A DNA stretch of 64,000 bases from Octopus bimaculoides (GCF_001194135.2 NC_068991.1:9342775-9406774), one strand, 5' to 3'; numbered from the stretch's first letter, positions 12,855 to 26,009 are shown. Notes: generated from the sequence alone by a model not told the origin. Translations and numbers: made by a program.

Positions 12855-13050
12855 GGCTTGCGACGTCACTGGTGCCAAGCTGCATCGGCCTTTGCCTTTC
12901 CCTTGGCGTGGGGAGAGCTGGCTGGTATGCATGGGCGAATGCTGGTCTTCCATAAACAACCTTACCCGGACTTGTGCCTCGGAGGGGAACTGTCTAGGTG
13001 CAATCCTATGGTCATTCATGACCGATGGGGGCGGGGTCTTTACCCTTTAG
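12855..13050 (+). mobile_element. Probable retroposon 3'-end fragment (RTE-like UTR)
   Basis: Resembles a recalled octopus repeat (gtcactggtgccaagctg..cggcctttgcctttccc); no coding evidence within the window. Confidence 0.4.
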
Positions 13051-13140
13051 TTTGTGGTGGTGAGTCCAACATTTTTCAGAATTTGTTCACTTGGCCTAGA
13101 TAAGACTTTACCTTCACCATCAACCCTGGACATTACCGTC

Positions 13141-13324
13141 TCGAGTGCTAGGACTCATATAAACGGTTACCCAGTCTCCATGGCTTATAAACCGATATCA
13201 CCAATATCCCCACTGGATGGGACGCCAGTCCGTCGTGCGGTTACTCATTTTCAACTGAGTGACCTGGACGAACCCATGATCTCGCGACCGAAAGTGCAAC
13301 TTTCTAACCACAACGCCATGTGCC
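13141..13324 (-). mobile_element. SINE family E (tRNA head + truncated Nin/Deu + V-like segment)
   Basis: Minus strand ggcacatggcgttgtggttag..cactcagttgaaaatgagtaacc..ggactggcgtcccatccag; a related copy is at 39124-39360. Confidence 0.65.
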
Positions 13325-13756
13325 TTCACCTAGATAAGACTATCTCATGTAAATTTCTTCTATGATGCCTTTACTTCTCAGTTGTTGTTGCTGTCGTTGT
13401 CATTGTTGTTGTTGCTGCTGTTTAGTCTGAAGCCAGTAACGAAATAAAAGACAAGCGAAAAGATCAAGCATCTCACAGACAAGTTAAAAGTGCAGATATT
13501 GTGATGTTCGTATTCATTCCCTGATTGCATTGTCGGATATAGATAAACTTGCGTCAACTGAGAATCGGAATCTAATTTCGTCTTTTACGCGACAAAGAAT
13601 CTTGCCTTTCGGCGACTATAATATTTTGATTGTGTATCCGTATCAATGCAATATGTAATTATTTCTGTGTGTCTTTGTATGTTTGTATAACACTTGTCGT
13701 AGAAGTAGTTTTGAAAGCACACGCACACGCGCACACACAGATATGAATGTGTATAC

Positions 13757-13819
<63 letters not shown>

Positions 13820-14723
13820 NNNNNNNNNNNNNNNNNNNNNNNNNNNNNNNNNNNNNNNNNNNNNNNNNNNNNNNNNNNNNNNNNNNNNNNNNNNNNNNNN
13901 NNNNNNNNNNNNNNNNNNNNNNNNNNNNNNNNNNNNNNNNNNNNNNNNNNNNNNNNNNNNNNNNNNNNNNNNNNNNNNNNNNNNNNNNNNNNNNNNNNNN
14001 NNNNNNNNNNNNNNNNNNNNNNNNNNNNNNNNNNNNNNNNNNNNNNNNNNNNNNNNNNNNNNNNNNNNNNNNNNNNNNNNNNNNNNNNNNNNNNNNNNNN
14101 NNNNNNNNNNNNNNNNNNATTAATTAAAATCAGTTGCTAACAATGAGCTGCTTCATTTTAAGTCTTTCTGCCTTGCATTTCATAAGTTTCTCTCTACGTG
14201 TTTACAAAAACATATTTCTTTTTGTTCGGTTTTTTTTTTTTTTTCAGTCTTGTTTTTAAATTTGTAATTTTTTTTCTTTTTACTGAGAAACAGCTATATC
14301 CTTGTAGTTATTCCTTTACAAAATAATACAACGTAGGTATTTTCTTTAAAACAAAATTACACCGCAGATATAAATATAAAGTCAGGTCTCTAGTGTTTTT
14401 CTTTTATAAAATAGCATGAAATTAGATAACTTCCAGGACAGGAAATATAATTTATTTGAAGAATTTTTGGTTAGCGTTCGCTTCGTTTGCTTTGAAGTTT
14501 AAATAAATTAACTAATAAAGGTATCTAGCTCTGTCTTAAAATGTTATACAAGATAGGAGTTATACAATATTTGTATTATATGCATGTGTATGCGTGTATT
14601 GTATATATGTGTGTGTATGCATGTTATAAATGAAGACAAAAATAACACAGAAGACAAAATAAAAGCAAAGCGTAGTAATTAGTTTAACGCGCAATCGAAG
14701 ATCAAGAAAGTGTACGTGTCTTT

Positions 14724-14751
14724 GACTTTTCGAGCATAAGCTCTTCTTCAG
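14724..14751 (-). ncRNA. Minimal hammerhead-ribozyme-like motif, degenerate (Penelope type)
   Basis: CUGAAGA-A-GAGC(UUAU)GCUC-GAAA-A-GUC; stem II perfect; C15.2 replaced by A; stem I poor. Confidence 0.55.
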
Positions 14752-15683
14752 ACGGTGAGACAGATACAAGGAAGTGTAAGAGGAAACGAACCAAAAAAGT
14801 GAATGTTGTTTTATGTCAAATCATGCTTACACACAAACATACACATACACACACACACATCCATATNNNNNNNNNNNNNNNNNNNNNNNNNNNNNNNNNN
14901 NNNNNNNNNNNNNNNNNNNNNNNNNNNNNNNNNNNNNNNNNNNNNNNNNNNNNNNNNNNNNNNNNNNNNNNNNNNNNNNNNNNNNNNNNNNNNNNNNNNN
15001 NNNNNNNNNNNNNNNNNNNNNNNNNNNNNNNNNNNNNNNNNNNNNNNNNNNNNNNNNNNNNNNNNNNNNNNNNNNNNNNNNNNNNNNNNNNNNNNNNNNN
15101 NNNNNNNNNNNNNNNNNNNNNNNNNNNNNNNNNNNNNNNNNNNNNNNNNNNNNNNNNNNNNNNNNNNNNNNNNNNNNNNNNNNNNNNNNNNNNNNNNNNN
15201 NNNNNNNNNNNNNNNNNNNNNNNNNNNNNNNNNNNNNNNNNNNNNNNNNNNNNNNNNNNNNNNNNNNNNNNNNNNNNNNNNNNNNNNNNNNNNNNNNNNN
15301 NNNNNNNNNNNNNNNNNNNNNNNNNNNNNNNNNNNNNNNNNNNNNNNNNNNNNNNNNNNNNNNNNNNNNNNNNNNNNNNNNTAATGGTTTCTCTAAGCTT
15401 TTTCACTCGTTTATCACGTTCAAGAAACTCAATTTGACTAACGACCCGAAAGAATGGTCACCATAGTTTTGTGTGCTGGTCGTTGGGTCTAGAATTTCTC
15501 AGGCCCTGGAAAAGTGGTGTGACGCGATTTCATGAATTGAGGCTTCTTTTCTAGATCATAAATTTATGCCCATATTTCATCCTCTGTCATCAATATATAT
15601 TTATAAATATGTGTGCATCTGTATATGTGTGTCTGTGTGTGTGTATCTATCTATCTATCTATCTATCGATCGATCGATCGATC

Positions 15684-15723
<40 letters not shown>

Positions 15724-16410
15724 TAGAGCGAGTGAAACGGAGAGAGAGAGAGAGGCGTGTGTTTGCATACATGTATGTTAAGAGAGAAAACGAGAGATTA
15801 TGTTAAATATTAATCATCAAGAATACCAAGAAATCCATTGCTGATTGCTTAATCCCGCCAAAAATTTCTTATAATTTAGTGTGTTAGCATTAGGTTTAAC
15901 CAGACAGAAATCGGTTTATTTTAATTAACTGCGGTTTGATTTAGAACCACAAGACAACAGTAGGTCACAGTTACAACCTCCTTCTACGTCATACCTTAAA
16001 CCCGTTTCGTTTCTCCATCTATTATTTAACGTTTTACCATTTCCATTTCCCCACCTCCTCTTCGCTAATTAGAGCTGAGTGCATGGGTCGGGACAGAATT
16101 AACTCTTTAAATTACTTAACTAATAATATAACACACTTTACAGCTCGAAGTTTTTAATATCTTATTCTCTATGTAAAAGCTTTGTTCTTGCGAACGAACA
16201 CGCAAGAATCTACGTGTGTGCTTATTTGTGTATGTGTATATGTATATGTGTGCGTGCGTGCGTATATGTATGTGTATATGTGTGTGCATGTATATGCGTG
16301 TGCATGTATAGGCGCGTGCATGTGTGTATGTGTGCGTGTGTGTATATACATATACGTATATATATGCTGTATACAGTTATACTATAATATCGATGATATT
16401 TGTCTTGCAG

Positions 16411-16500
16411 GCAATGAAAATACATATTAGTGAGAGTACAATGAAGGCTGTGCCGCCAAACATGTTTGAAATGACAGAAAGAGGAGAAATTGACGTGAAA
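16411..16500 (+). CDS. Gyc88E: sGC exon: AMKIHISESTMKAVPPNMFEMTERGEIDVK
   Basis: tcttgcag acceptor; AAA/gtaagt donor; 90 nt. Confidence 0.93.
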
Positions 16501-17011
16501 GTAAGTATAGTCGCCAGGGTGAACTGGTATTTTGTTACAGTAATGCATTTCAGTGTACAGTTCAGAGCGGATCGGAAACCGGTCCGCACAACTACTTTAG
16601 CAATATTACTGAGCTCATTATCTCCATTCAAATGAATTTAAGTGAAAATGAAAACCATATTTGTAATTTGAGAAACAGTAGAACCATTCCTTGCTCAGGT
16701 GAAGCATCGGAAATGAACGAAACCATAAATTCTCTGCTCACTGCTGCCATCTTTGACGTCACCTCACTAATGATTCAAAATGGACGCTTAGCCAACGCAT
16801 TTCGTCATGAAAAATGCACCTTCGATCGACGCAGATGAAGTTTTTAACGAACGCCAGCACACTTTTACTATATTCTCTCTCCTTCCATATCATATAACTG
16901 TAAGTTATTTAGAGTTTTTTTTTTTGTTTTTGTTTTTTTATTTTATGGAAAATTCATCCCATGAATCATGCTATATCTGGTTCAATCTCTGGGTTGAATT
17001 ATATATACTAC

Positions 17012-17060
<49 letters not shown>

Positions 17061-17732
17061 CTTTTCTTTCTTTACTGAAACGATTGTTACATTTACTTGT
17101 AAGTTGATTCATCATCGTGTTTGGTTTTAGTCACTGCAAAAAAATTATTGCTTATCGTAAAATTATTTTCATAGATTGGCTTATGCCCACGAATGTTAGG
17201 AGAAGGTATGTTGTTACTTTAACCAACACTAGTATTTGACAGGTACTAGTAATGGTATATATATTATTCACCCTGGAGGAATCAAGGACAAAGTCGACTT
17301 TGAAGAAGCAGAATTTTAGCAAGAGAACTGACGAGAGGCCTTAGAAAAATGCGAGAGAATGTTATATCAACTTGCATAAATAAAAAAAACTGCTAAAGAC
17401 AACAAAATATCCGTCCAAGAGAATATGAGATGTTAATACTGAGACCTAAAATTATCATCACATTGCATTCTGGAGGAAGCCTCGAAACCGCCCATCTATG
17501 AAGTTTCTAAAATCTCATATCAAAAGCTGGAGCAGTTTAATTCTTAAGACCAAAACAATCTTTAAGTTGCATACCAAGGAACTTAAAAAGGTTAAAGATT
17601 CATTATTTTATTATATTTGTCTCAGCACGGATATGCCTGCACACGTTCTAACTCACTTGCAGTTTATCCTTATTAATAAAATGGTTCGTCGGCTCTAATC
17701 TAAACCTTAAGATCCGAGATTTGTCAGCCAAC

Positions 17733-17926
17733 TGTTGTTGTTGGCATTCCGTTGCTTACGACGTCGAGGGTTCCAGTTTATCCGATCAACGGAACAGCCT
17801 GCTCGTGAAATTAACGTGCAAGTGGCTGAGCACTCCACAGACACTCACAATGCCCGGTTTGGGAATTGAAACCGCGATCCTATGATCGCGAGTCCGCTGC
17901 CCTAACCACTGAGCCATTGCGCCTCC
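17733..17926 (-). mobile_element. SINE family D with internal deletion
   Basis: Full tRNA-like head joined directly to the ctgtggagtgctcagcc...gccaacaacaac tail. Confidence 0.8.
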
Positions 17927-18399
17927 TCTTCGTTGTTATATATCACTTAATACACGCACACAAACACATACACATATACACTCATAAGTATACGTGTATA
18001 CTGTGAATATACATATGTAATATTATATTACTGTGAATACAACAGTTAATATATCACTTATTATAAACCTCGTATTTCTGCTTTACCACAGCATGACAAA
18101 CACCCGTTCCTTACAATTAAATCTACTTGCAATCACGGGTGTCCGCAAGCATCGACTGTGAGATAGCAACGTATCACAATAAGATGATATCAATTCATGA
18201 TATCAACCGGTCTCGCATGAAAACAGCAATAGAAGTATAGAATAAAGAACTAATAATAAATGACAAAAGAATCTAAATTATATAATTAAATATATTAGCT
18301 TAAGGCAATTTCAGATGAGAAGATGACAATGCGAAGTAATGAGTAGCGTTTTATTAACGTCATTTCCACGGAACTAGAATATGCATATTAGAGAAAGAC

Positions 18400-18433
<34 letters not shown>

Positions 18434-18751
18434 TACACATATATATATTATATACACACCTACACCCAAAAATATGTGCATGTATGCATGTGAGTATAGG
18501 GGTGGGGTGTATAAAGGCTTTTCAAAATGAATACCTTCGTTCTGACTCTGAGAATGTGGAGTGAATAGAGCAATGCTCATTACTTGGTATTGTTCTGTCC
18601 TCTCCACTGAAACAGCTGTAAGGTAATATATTTAATTATGTGATTCATGTTCTTTTGTCATTTTCAATTATTTATATATGTGTGTGTGTATGTGTGCGCG
18701 CGTGTGTTATATTATATTATATTTAGATTATGTATATGAAATGTGTGAATG

Positions 18752-18800
<49 letters not shown>

Positions 18801-19237
18801 TCGTTATTATGCTGAAAGACAAAATTGTTTCCATTTAAAAACAAATTAAATTGCCATAACAACAACAATAATGATAATAATACTAGAATAAGAATAATAA
18901 CATTAATAATAATAATAGTACAATTTATTATAAAAACATTATTATTAAAACAATATTATCACAATAACAATGATATTTGTGCCAATAAAAGAAACCATTA
19001 TTACAATTATAATAATACAAGGGGAAAAAAACAAAATTATGCTATAGAATTTATCAATGATCATCGTATAAGCAACACATGAAGATACCGAATAATACTT
19101 AAATCCTTTAATGAAATTTACTTTGTATATCGTTTCATCTCGTCTATACATTAATCGGTAGTAGGATTACCATCCGACTAAAGAAAATTCATTCAGCGAA
19201 AAGTCTGTTCGCTCATACGAAAACGATGGAACAAACA

Positions 19238-19425
19238 GATAGTATCTTTTATCTTTTTTGTGTGTTAGTCAGGGGACTGCGGCCATACTGGTGCACCGCC
19301 TTCAAACGTTTAGTCGAAAGAATCGACTTTTGTAGTTGTGTTTTAAATCTGGTACTCATTCTATCGATTTCTTTGCCCGAACCGCTAAGTTACGGGGACG
19401 TAAAGAAACCAACGCCGTTTGTCAT
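19238..19425 (-). mobile_element. SINE family B, 3' half
   Basis: gactgcggccatactggtgcaccgcc..ccgaaccgctaagttacggggacgtaaa. Confidence 0.75.
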
Positions 19426-19448
19426 GACGCGCGCACACACACACATAC

Positions 19449-19505
<57 letters not shown>

Positions 19506-19745
19506 GGCGCATAGCTTAGTGGTTAGGGCATTGCTGTCATGATCGCTAGATCGTGATTTCTATTCCTAGACCCTTCATCTCACCTTGCTCTGCGATCACT
19601 TCGACACCTGACACATGCTACACCATGCACCTGTTCAAACAATGTTGATTTGATGAAGAGAGCCAGCTAATGTGTGGCATGAACATTTGATCATTATAAA
19701 CAAATCATCTGTGCAGGTCATTCGGTAGAAGCTGGACGCTCATAT
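19506..19745 (+). mobile_element. tRNA-head SINE family F (single copy in the window)
   Basis: ggcgcatagcttagtggttagggc A-box-like and gatcgtgatttctattcc B-box-like head; the body is unlike the other families. Confidence 0.5.
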
Positions 19746-21060
19746 GTCATATTCGACGAGAGAGTCCGTCANNNNNNNNNNNNNNNNNNNNNNNNNNNNN
19801 NNNNNNNNNNNNNNNNNNNNNNNNNNNNNNNNNNNNNNNNNNNNNNNNNNNNNNNNNNNNNNNNNNNNNNNNNNNNNNNNNNNNNNNNNNNNNNNNNNNN
19901 NNNNNNNNNNNNNNNNNNNNNNNNNNNNNNNNNNNNNNNNNNNNNNNNNNNNNNNNNNNNNNNNNNNNNNNNNNNNNNNNNNNNNNNNNNNNNNNNNNNN
20001 NNNNNNNNNNNNNNNNNNNNNNNNNNNNNNNNNNNNNNNNNNNNNNNNNNNNNNNNNNNNNNNNNNNNNNNNNNNNNNNNNNNNNNNNNNNNNNNNNNNN
20101 NNNNNNNNNNNNNNNNNNNNNNNNNNNNNNNNNNNNNNNNNNNNNNNNNNNNNNNNNNNNNNNNNNNNNNNNNNNNNNNNNNNNNNNNNNNNNNNNNNNN
20201 NNNNNNNNNNNNNNNNNNNNNNNNNNNNNNNNNNNNNNNNNNNNNNNNNNNNNNNNNNNNNNNNNNNNNNNNNNNNNNNNNNNNNNNNNNNNNNNNNNNN
20301 NNNNNNNNNNNNNNNNNNNNNNNNNNNNNNNNNNNNNNNNNNNNNNNNNNNNNNNNNNNNNNNNNNNNNNNNNNNNNNNNNNNNNNNNNNNNNNNNNNNN
20401 NNNNNNNNNNNNNNNNNNNNNNNNNNNNNNNNNNNNNNNNNNNNNNNNNNNNNNNNNNNNNNNNNNNNNNNNNNNNNNNNNNNNNNNNNNNNNNNNNNNN
20501 AACACTTTTTGAAAGCTGAAAACCAAACAACATTTCCTATCATATTTATCTTCCACAAATTCATTATTTCTTTATTTCACGTTCTCTTACTCTCTTTCTT
20601 TTTCTTAGCTATTTACTTTCATTCTTTTCATTCTTTCATTACCTTTCCCTCTTATATAAGAGGGAAAATATTGAAATTTCCATCTATCACTTTCTTACCT
20701 TTTCTTTTTTACTCTCAGTTGCTCTTCTCTCTTTTTTCTTTTCATCCCGCTTCTTCCTTGCTCTCTTCGATCTCTCTTTTTCTCTCTCTCTCCCTTTCTT
20801 TTTCCTTCATCTCTCTTTCCCTTTCTATCTGTTTTATGACGTGCCTTCCAAACAAACGCAAACATTATTACGTCATTTCAGAAGGGTGAAGCTACAACTT
20901 CTCCCAAGATGGCATTGTTTACTAAGAAATATATCACAGCGAGTCAAGTAAATATTTGATAGTCTCGGCAGACAAAGCAGCAAACTTGGTACCACGGAGA
21001 ACGTCGAGGAAGATTCGCTAAAAAAGTCATCCCATTCTCGTGTGACTTATTTTTATATAT

Positions 21061-21134
<74 letters not shown>

Positions 21135-21384
21135 ATGGAAGGATGAGCGGGTGGATGGATGGATGGATAGATAGACAGACATACATATAATTAAACAGAA
21201 AATATCTTAAATATCATTGTTTTCTTTATTATTATTTTTTCTGTTCATTTCAAGCATATGTGGCTCTTGTTCCTTCCTTATGGCCCGAGATGTATTGATG
21301 ACGTTTCATGAACTGCATTTTTTTGAAAATAGGAGCTTAATGCAGAAGAAAATTGATCCCTAATTCCAGTGAGCGTGTGTTTGT

Positions 21385-21555
21385 GTGCAACCGGTGTTTG
21401 TTTGTTTACGTCCCCATAACTTAGCAGTTCTGGCCGACGTAATAAGTAGTTTAAAAAAACTATGGAATGTGGTATATCTGTTCGACTAAAAGCTTCAAGG
21501 TGATGCCACAGCATGGCTGCAGTCCAATGACTGATGCAAGTAAAAGATAAAAGAC
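21385..21555 (+). mobile_element. SINE family B, 3' half
   Basis: tttacgtccccataacttagcagtt..gcatggctgcagtccaatgactga..aagtaaaagataaaaga. Confidence 0.75.
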
Positions 21556-21566
21556 AAAAGATGTGT

Positions 21567-21603
<37 letters not shown>

Positions 21604-22295
21604 GCACATACATGCGTTCTTACGTACGTACGTGTATCTATGCATATATATCTATAGGGACATATAATATTTAATTTTGTGTATATATCTGTATATGCAC
21701 GCGCGTGTTTGTGTCGCTGCATCGATGTAATATTTTTTTAACCGTTTTGTTTCTGATGAAGAAAATTTATTGGGTTTTTTTCGTTTTTTTCATTTTCAGG
21801 TTATATTCTATAGCTAGCATCTTCTCTATATCAGAGACCAAGAAGAATTTCTAGTCACGCACAAAATAAAAGATATTTAGAAATCTTGACCCATTAAATA
21901 TTACTCTACATTCATTTAGCCATTGATACGCTACAACTGAACAAAAATCTGCATGTCAATTGGATAGTAAATCTTTCAAGAGATAATCACGATATATTTA
22001 AATAAATCCCTGTTGATAGTGAAAGGAAATGCAAATCCAGATCAAATTTAGATATTTAGGACTTATACGTTCTACAGTTTGCAAAATGATAATCGAAACG
22101 GGTTTGAAAAGAAAATCCACATATTACTTACGAACGTGCGATTGCATAAATTGCATAAATTTAGTAATTCAGTAACATGCTTAATATCTGTGTCTTAAGT
22201 TTTGCACACAACTTATGTATGTGTGTGTGTATGTATGAATACATATAATATATACATACACATGTAATAACATTATATATATGCAAGTATATGAT

Positions 22296-22343
<48 letters not shown>

Positions 22344-23228
22344 ATGTATATATATTTATAAAATATATTTACTTTTGGGAATTTCTAAATACATATAGAT
22401 ATATGCACACACATAAATATATATATATGAATATAGGCACGCACAATACATACGCATGCGCATACATATTTTGTATACTTGTGTCTGTTTGGCTGTGTTC
22501 AATAATGCCAAAGCTCTGTACTTCTGTCTATCGTGTACTTCCTTAGATCGATACGCTTGATCGATAATTTACATTCAATAAACTTCTGAATTCTAAACCA
22601 TGCTAATTGTTTTATTAAGTCTAAACTCACCCTGTAATTTTCTCTGCTTGTAGGAAAAACCCCGGAAGACTTACTGGCTTTTAGGCTCCCTAAATTCTAC
22701 GTAGTAAAAGGTTTTTACCTAGAAAGGTGCTATTCTGGATTTAATTAAATAAGATATTTTCGATTTTTTTTTAATCTTATAATCTAATACTTGCCTCTTG
22801 ATGGATTGCTTTTGTTCTTTTTTAACATTTGTCCTGCTCATACTAACGTATTTATGTGCTTATGTTCGTGCATCGCTGTCTGAAGCGTGTTGTTGCCGTC
22901 GTGATCATGGTTGATGTTGTTGCCTGTGTTGCTAATGATATAAGGAATGGCAGTGTCGATGGTGGTAGCAGTGGGGTGCTGCTCCTGCTGCTATTTCCTG
23001 GTGAGTAAACCCGGTGTCTGGGCACAGATACACCGAATCCGGAATCTATCTTCAGACTGATGTTTTGTCCGTCCGTGTACCGTTCTTTTTGAAGTGGCAT
23101 GATGTCCTACATTGTTGTCCCTTGGAACGTCTAGATTTTCCAACGTCAAAAGCTACTCGAAAATCTTGTTGAGGGAATGTTAGCAGCTAGATTAAACTTA
23201 TTTCTAACACAGGCGCAAAGGCCTGTGA

Positions 23229-23798
23229 TAATGGTTCTCAACCAGGGTCCATACGACCCCTGAGGTCCACATAAGATTTTGGGAGTGTCCATGCAAGAAA
23301 AATAGAAAATTGGAGATTCTCGGTATTTTAAGGGTTCATGAAAAAGATTCTGCTTAGATGTATTTATTGCAAGAAACAGTTAGGGGATATTAGGTCAAAA
23401 TCCCCCGGCAGTCAATAGCCCCCAGTACATTGTTCTTTCTTAAATAAAAATATTTTAGGAAGGTGAAATTTTATTAAAAAAATTTCTTAATATTTATTAG
23501 TTGATATTTTTGTGAAAAATTTGTCCGGGTTGATTTTGTGATCGGGGGGCTTTGGCTTCGGGGGAATTTGTCCTTGGAGGGATTTTATCCTCGGCGGGAT
23601 TTTGTTCTGATACCTTCTCAGAGAGCGCTATTGCAAACCTGCACAAGTGAGTGTGTAAAAGCAAGACAAGAATTTTGAAAGAAGCATCAATAAAACTACT
23701 TATTAAAAATCAAATGGCTATTTGGGGTCTACCAGAATAAAACAGTAATGAAAGGGGTCCATATGTAAAAAAAAAAAAAAAACTGTTGAGCACCATCG
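23229..23798. mobile_element. hAT/Charlie-like MITE containing a nested MULE-like MITE (23386-23614)
   Basis: Ends taatggttctcaacc / tgttgagcaccatcg; subterminal sequence shared with 61858-62210; the inner element matches 42002-42261 in reverse; no clean TSD. Confidence 0.65.
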
Positions 23799-24326
23799 GC
23801 CAAAAATCTTCCTCTATTAACTTACATCGTTAGCATTTTTAAAGATTGTAATAAACGTTGGGTTGTATACTTCTCTGTTTACTATGTGTTTGAGGTTTGA
23901 TTTTCTTACCCCCCACACTTACACAAAATTCTGTGTGAAGTTCGTTTCATCTCTCCTCTTTGCATGATTACTATACTGGCTAACCATAATAATGTTCAAA
24001 ATAGGTGGTTGTTTTGGGTTTGTTCGTTTAGTTTTGTGTTTTTTGTTGGTTTGTTTGTTTGATTTTCCTGAGGGGTTTTTTTTTTGTTTTTTGTTTTTTG
24101 CCTTGATGCGATATACTAACAAGATCTCTTTCCCCTCTGCTCTTTACGGACACTTACCTTACTACTCTGTTTTGTTTCGATTCCTAATTGAAATCATTTT
24201 TTTTTAAACCTGTGATTCGACCGCATGCTCTCCTTTAGAAATTTTGCAGGCTAAGTGTGATGACTATATAAACATAATCTTTTTACTAAAATTTCGTGAC
24301 ATAGTCTTTAAGCCCGTCTCTGTTAA

Positions 24327-24394
<68 letters not shown>

Positions 24395-25462
24395 CTCTCT
24401 CATTCTCTCGTGCTCTTCTCCTCTCTTATTCGCTCATGTTTTCAATCAATTTTTTTACGATTTACTTTGTGTTATATTTAGTATGTAGACTGTTAAATTA
24501 TTTTAATAATGTAGCAATATTTATACGACAATGGAATCTAGCACCACCACCACCCCACTCAGCTCAAAACAATATCTAATTTATAGATCAGTGACTAGTT
24601 GTCACTTTGAAAACTATATATTTCGAACGGGAATTTGGCAGCGCTACCTCTAGCCGAACAATTATTCTGTGTCGATGAAGGGAGATAACCCGGAAATCGC
24701 GATACACAGATATTGTTTTGAGCTGAGTGGGGGTGCTAGATTCCCTTGTTCGAAAATATAAGGACACAGATCGTGTCGTATAGCCATCTGGAGACGATGT
24801 CTCCTGGGGCTAAATTACATCAATATTCGTCCTAAACCAGGACTGCCATGTTATGTTAGCAAAAATCTTTACTCCAAAGTACTGTTGCTAAATATCTCTC
24901 GTTGTGGGATTTAAAAATAGTAATTTTCTAATTATTATTATTATCGTTATTGTCGTTGTTGTTTTTTCTTGTTTTTTTGGGGGTTTTTTTGTTTGTTTTT
25001 TTATCATGAGCAGATATGTCTAATGAGTCTTTCGAAGAAATTGGAATATTACCCACCGTTTTAATTTATGTAAAATGTTTTGAAATTATGTTACCAACGA
25101 CATGTTTTGGAATGTTTGTATGTCCACTCCATTTACTTTGAAGTAAAAAATAATATGTTTGTCTTTATACATTTTATATGTTTTATGTTTTGTAAATAAT
25201 GTTTACTAGAAATCCAAAGTGGCATCTTATGGAGGAGTTCACAACAGTGCTGGTGGCACTAATGTAAACTGGTGCACTTAACTCACCGTACAAAAAGAAA
25301 ATCTTTAATGAAGCGCACAGAAAATTCAGACATATATGCACTGTGGAGGACACAAGAAAGAACAGTATAGCCAAGCCAGAAATCTAGACTCATATCCATA
25401 CACAATAAAGAACATACAAGAACAGTATAGAAAAATATAATTCAAACGATAACATTAGTAAT

Positions 25463-26009
25463 GATCCTTTCTACTAAAGGCACAAGTCCTGAAATTTTGG
25501 GGAAGGGGACTAGTCGATTACATCGACCCCATTGTTTCACTGGTACGAAAGGAAGAAAGGCAAAGTTGACCTCGGCGGAATTTGATCCCAGAACCTAATC
25601 TTTTCTACTCTAGGCACAAGGCCCGAAATTTTGGAGGAGAGGGTCAGTCGATCGACCCCAGTACGCAACTGGTACTTAATTCATTGACCTCGAAAGGATG
25701 AAAGGTAAAGTCGGCCTCTTCAGAATTTGAACTCAGAACGTAACGTTAAGCATTTCGCCCGGCATGCTAACGATTCTTATTTCTTTATTACCCACAAGGC
25801 GCTAAACATAGAGGAGACAAACAAGGACAGACAAAGGGATTAAGTCGATTACATCGACACCAGTGCGTAACTGGTACTTTATTTATCGACCCCCGAAAGG
25901 ATGAAAGGCAAAGTCGACCTCGGCAGAATTTGAACTCAGAACGTAACGGCAGACGAAACACCGCTAAGCATTTCGACCGGCGAGCTAACGATTCTGCCAG
26001 CTCGCTGCC
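25463..26009 (-). mobile_element. Three abutting family A SINEs (A2 followed by a head-clipped A1, then a 5'-truncated A1)
   Basis: Three B-box/Meta-like segments with distinct tails. Confidence 0.8.

Noticed and set aside
16832-16856. CAGAUGA-A-GUU(UUU)AAC-GAACGCC hammerhead-like pattern
   Set aside because: Three core defects, a weak stem II and no stem I; plausible by chance
17470-17490. CUG-GAGG(AAG)CCUC-GAAAC
   Set aside because: Lacks the ANGA part of the core and a GUH site
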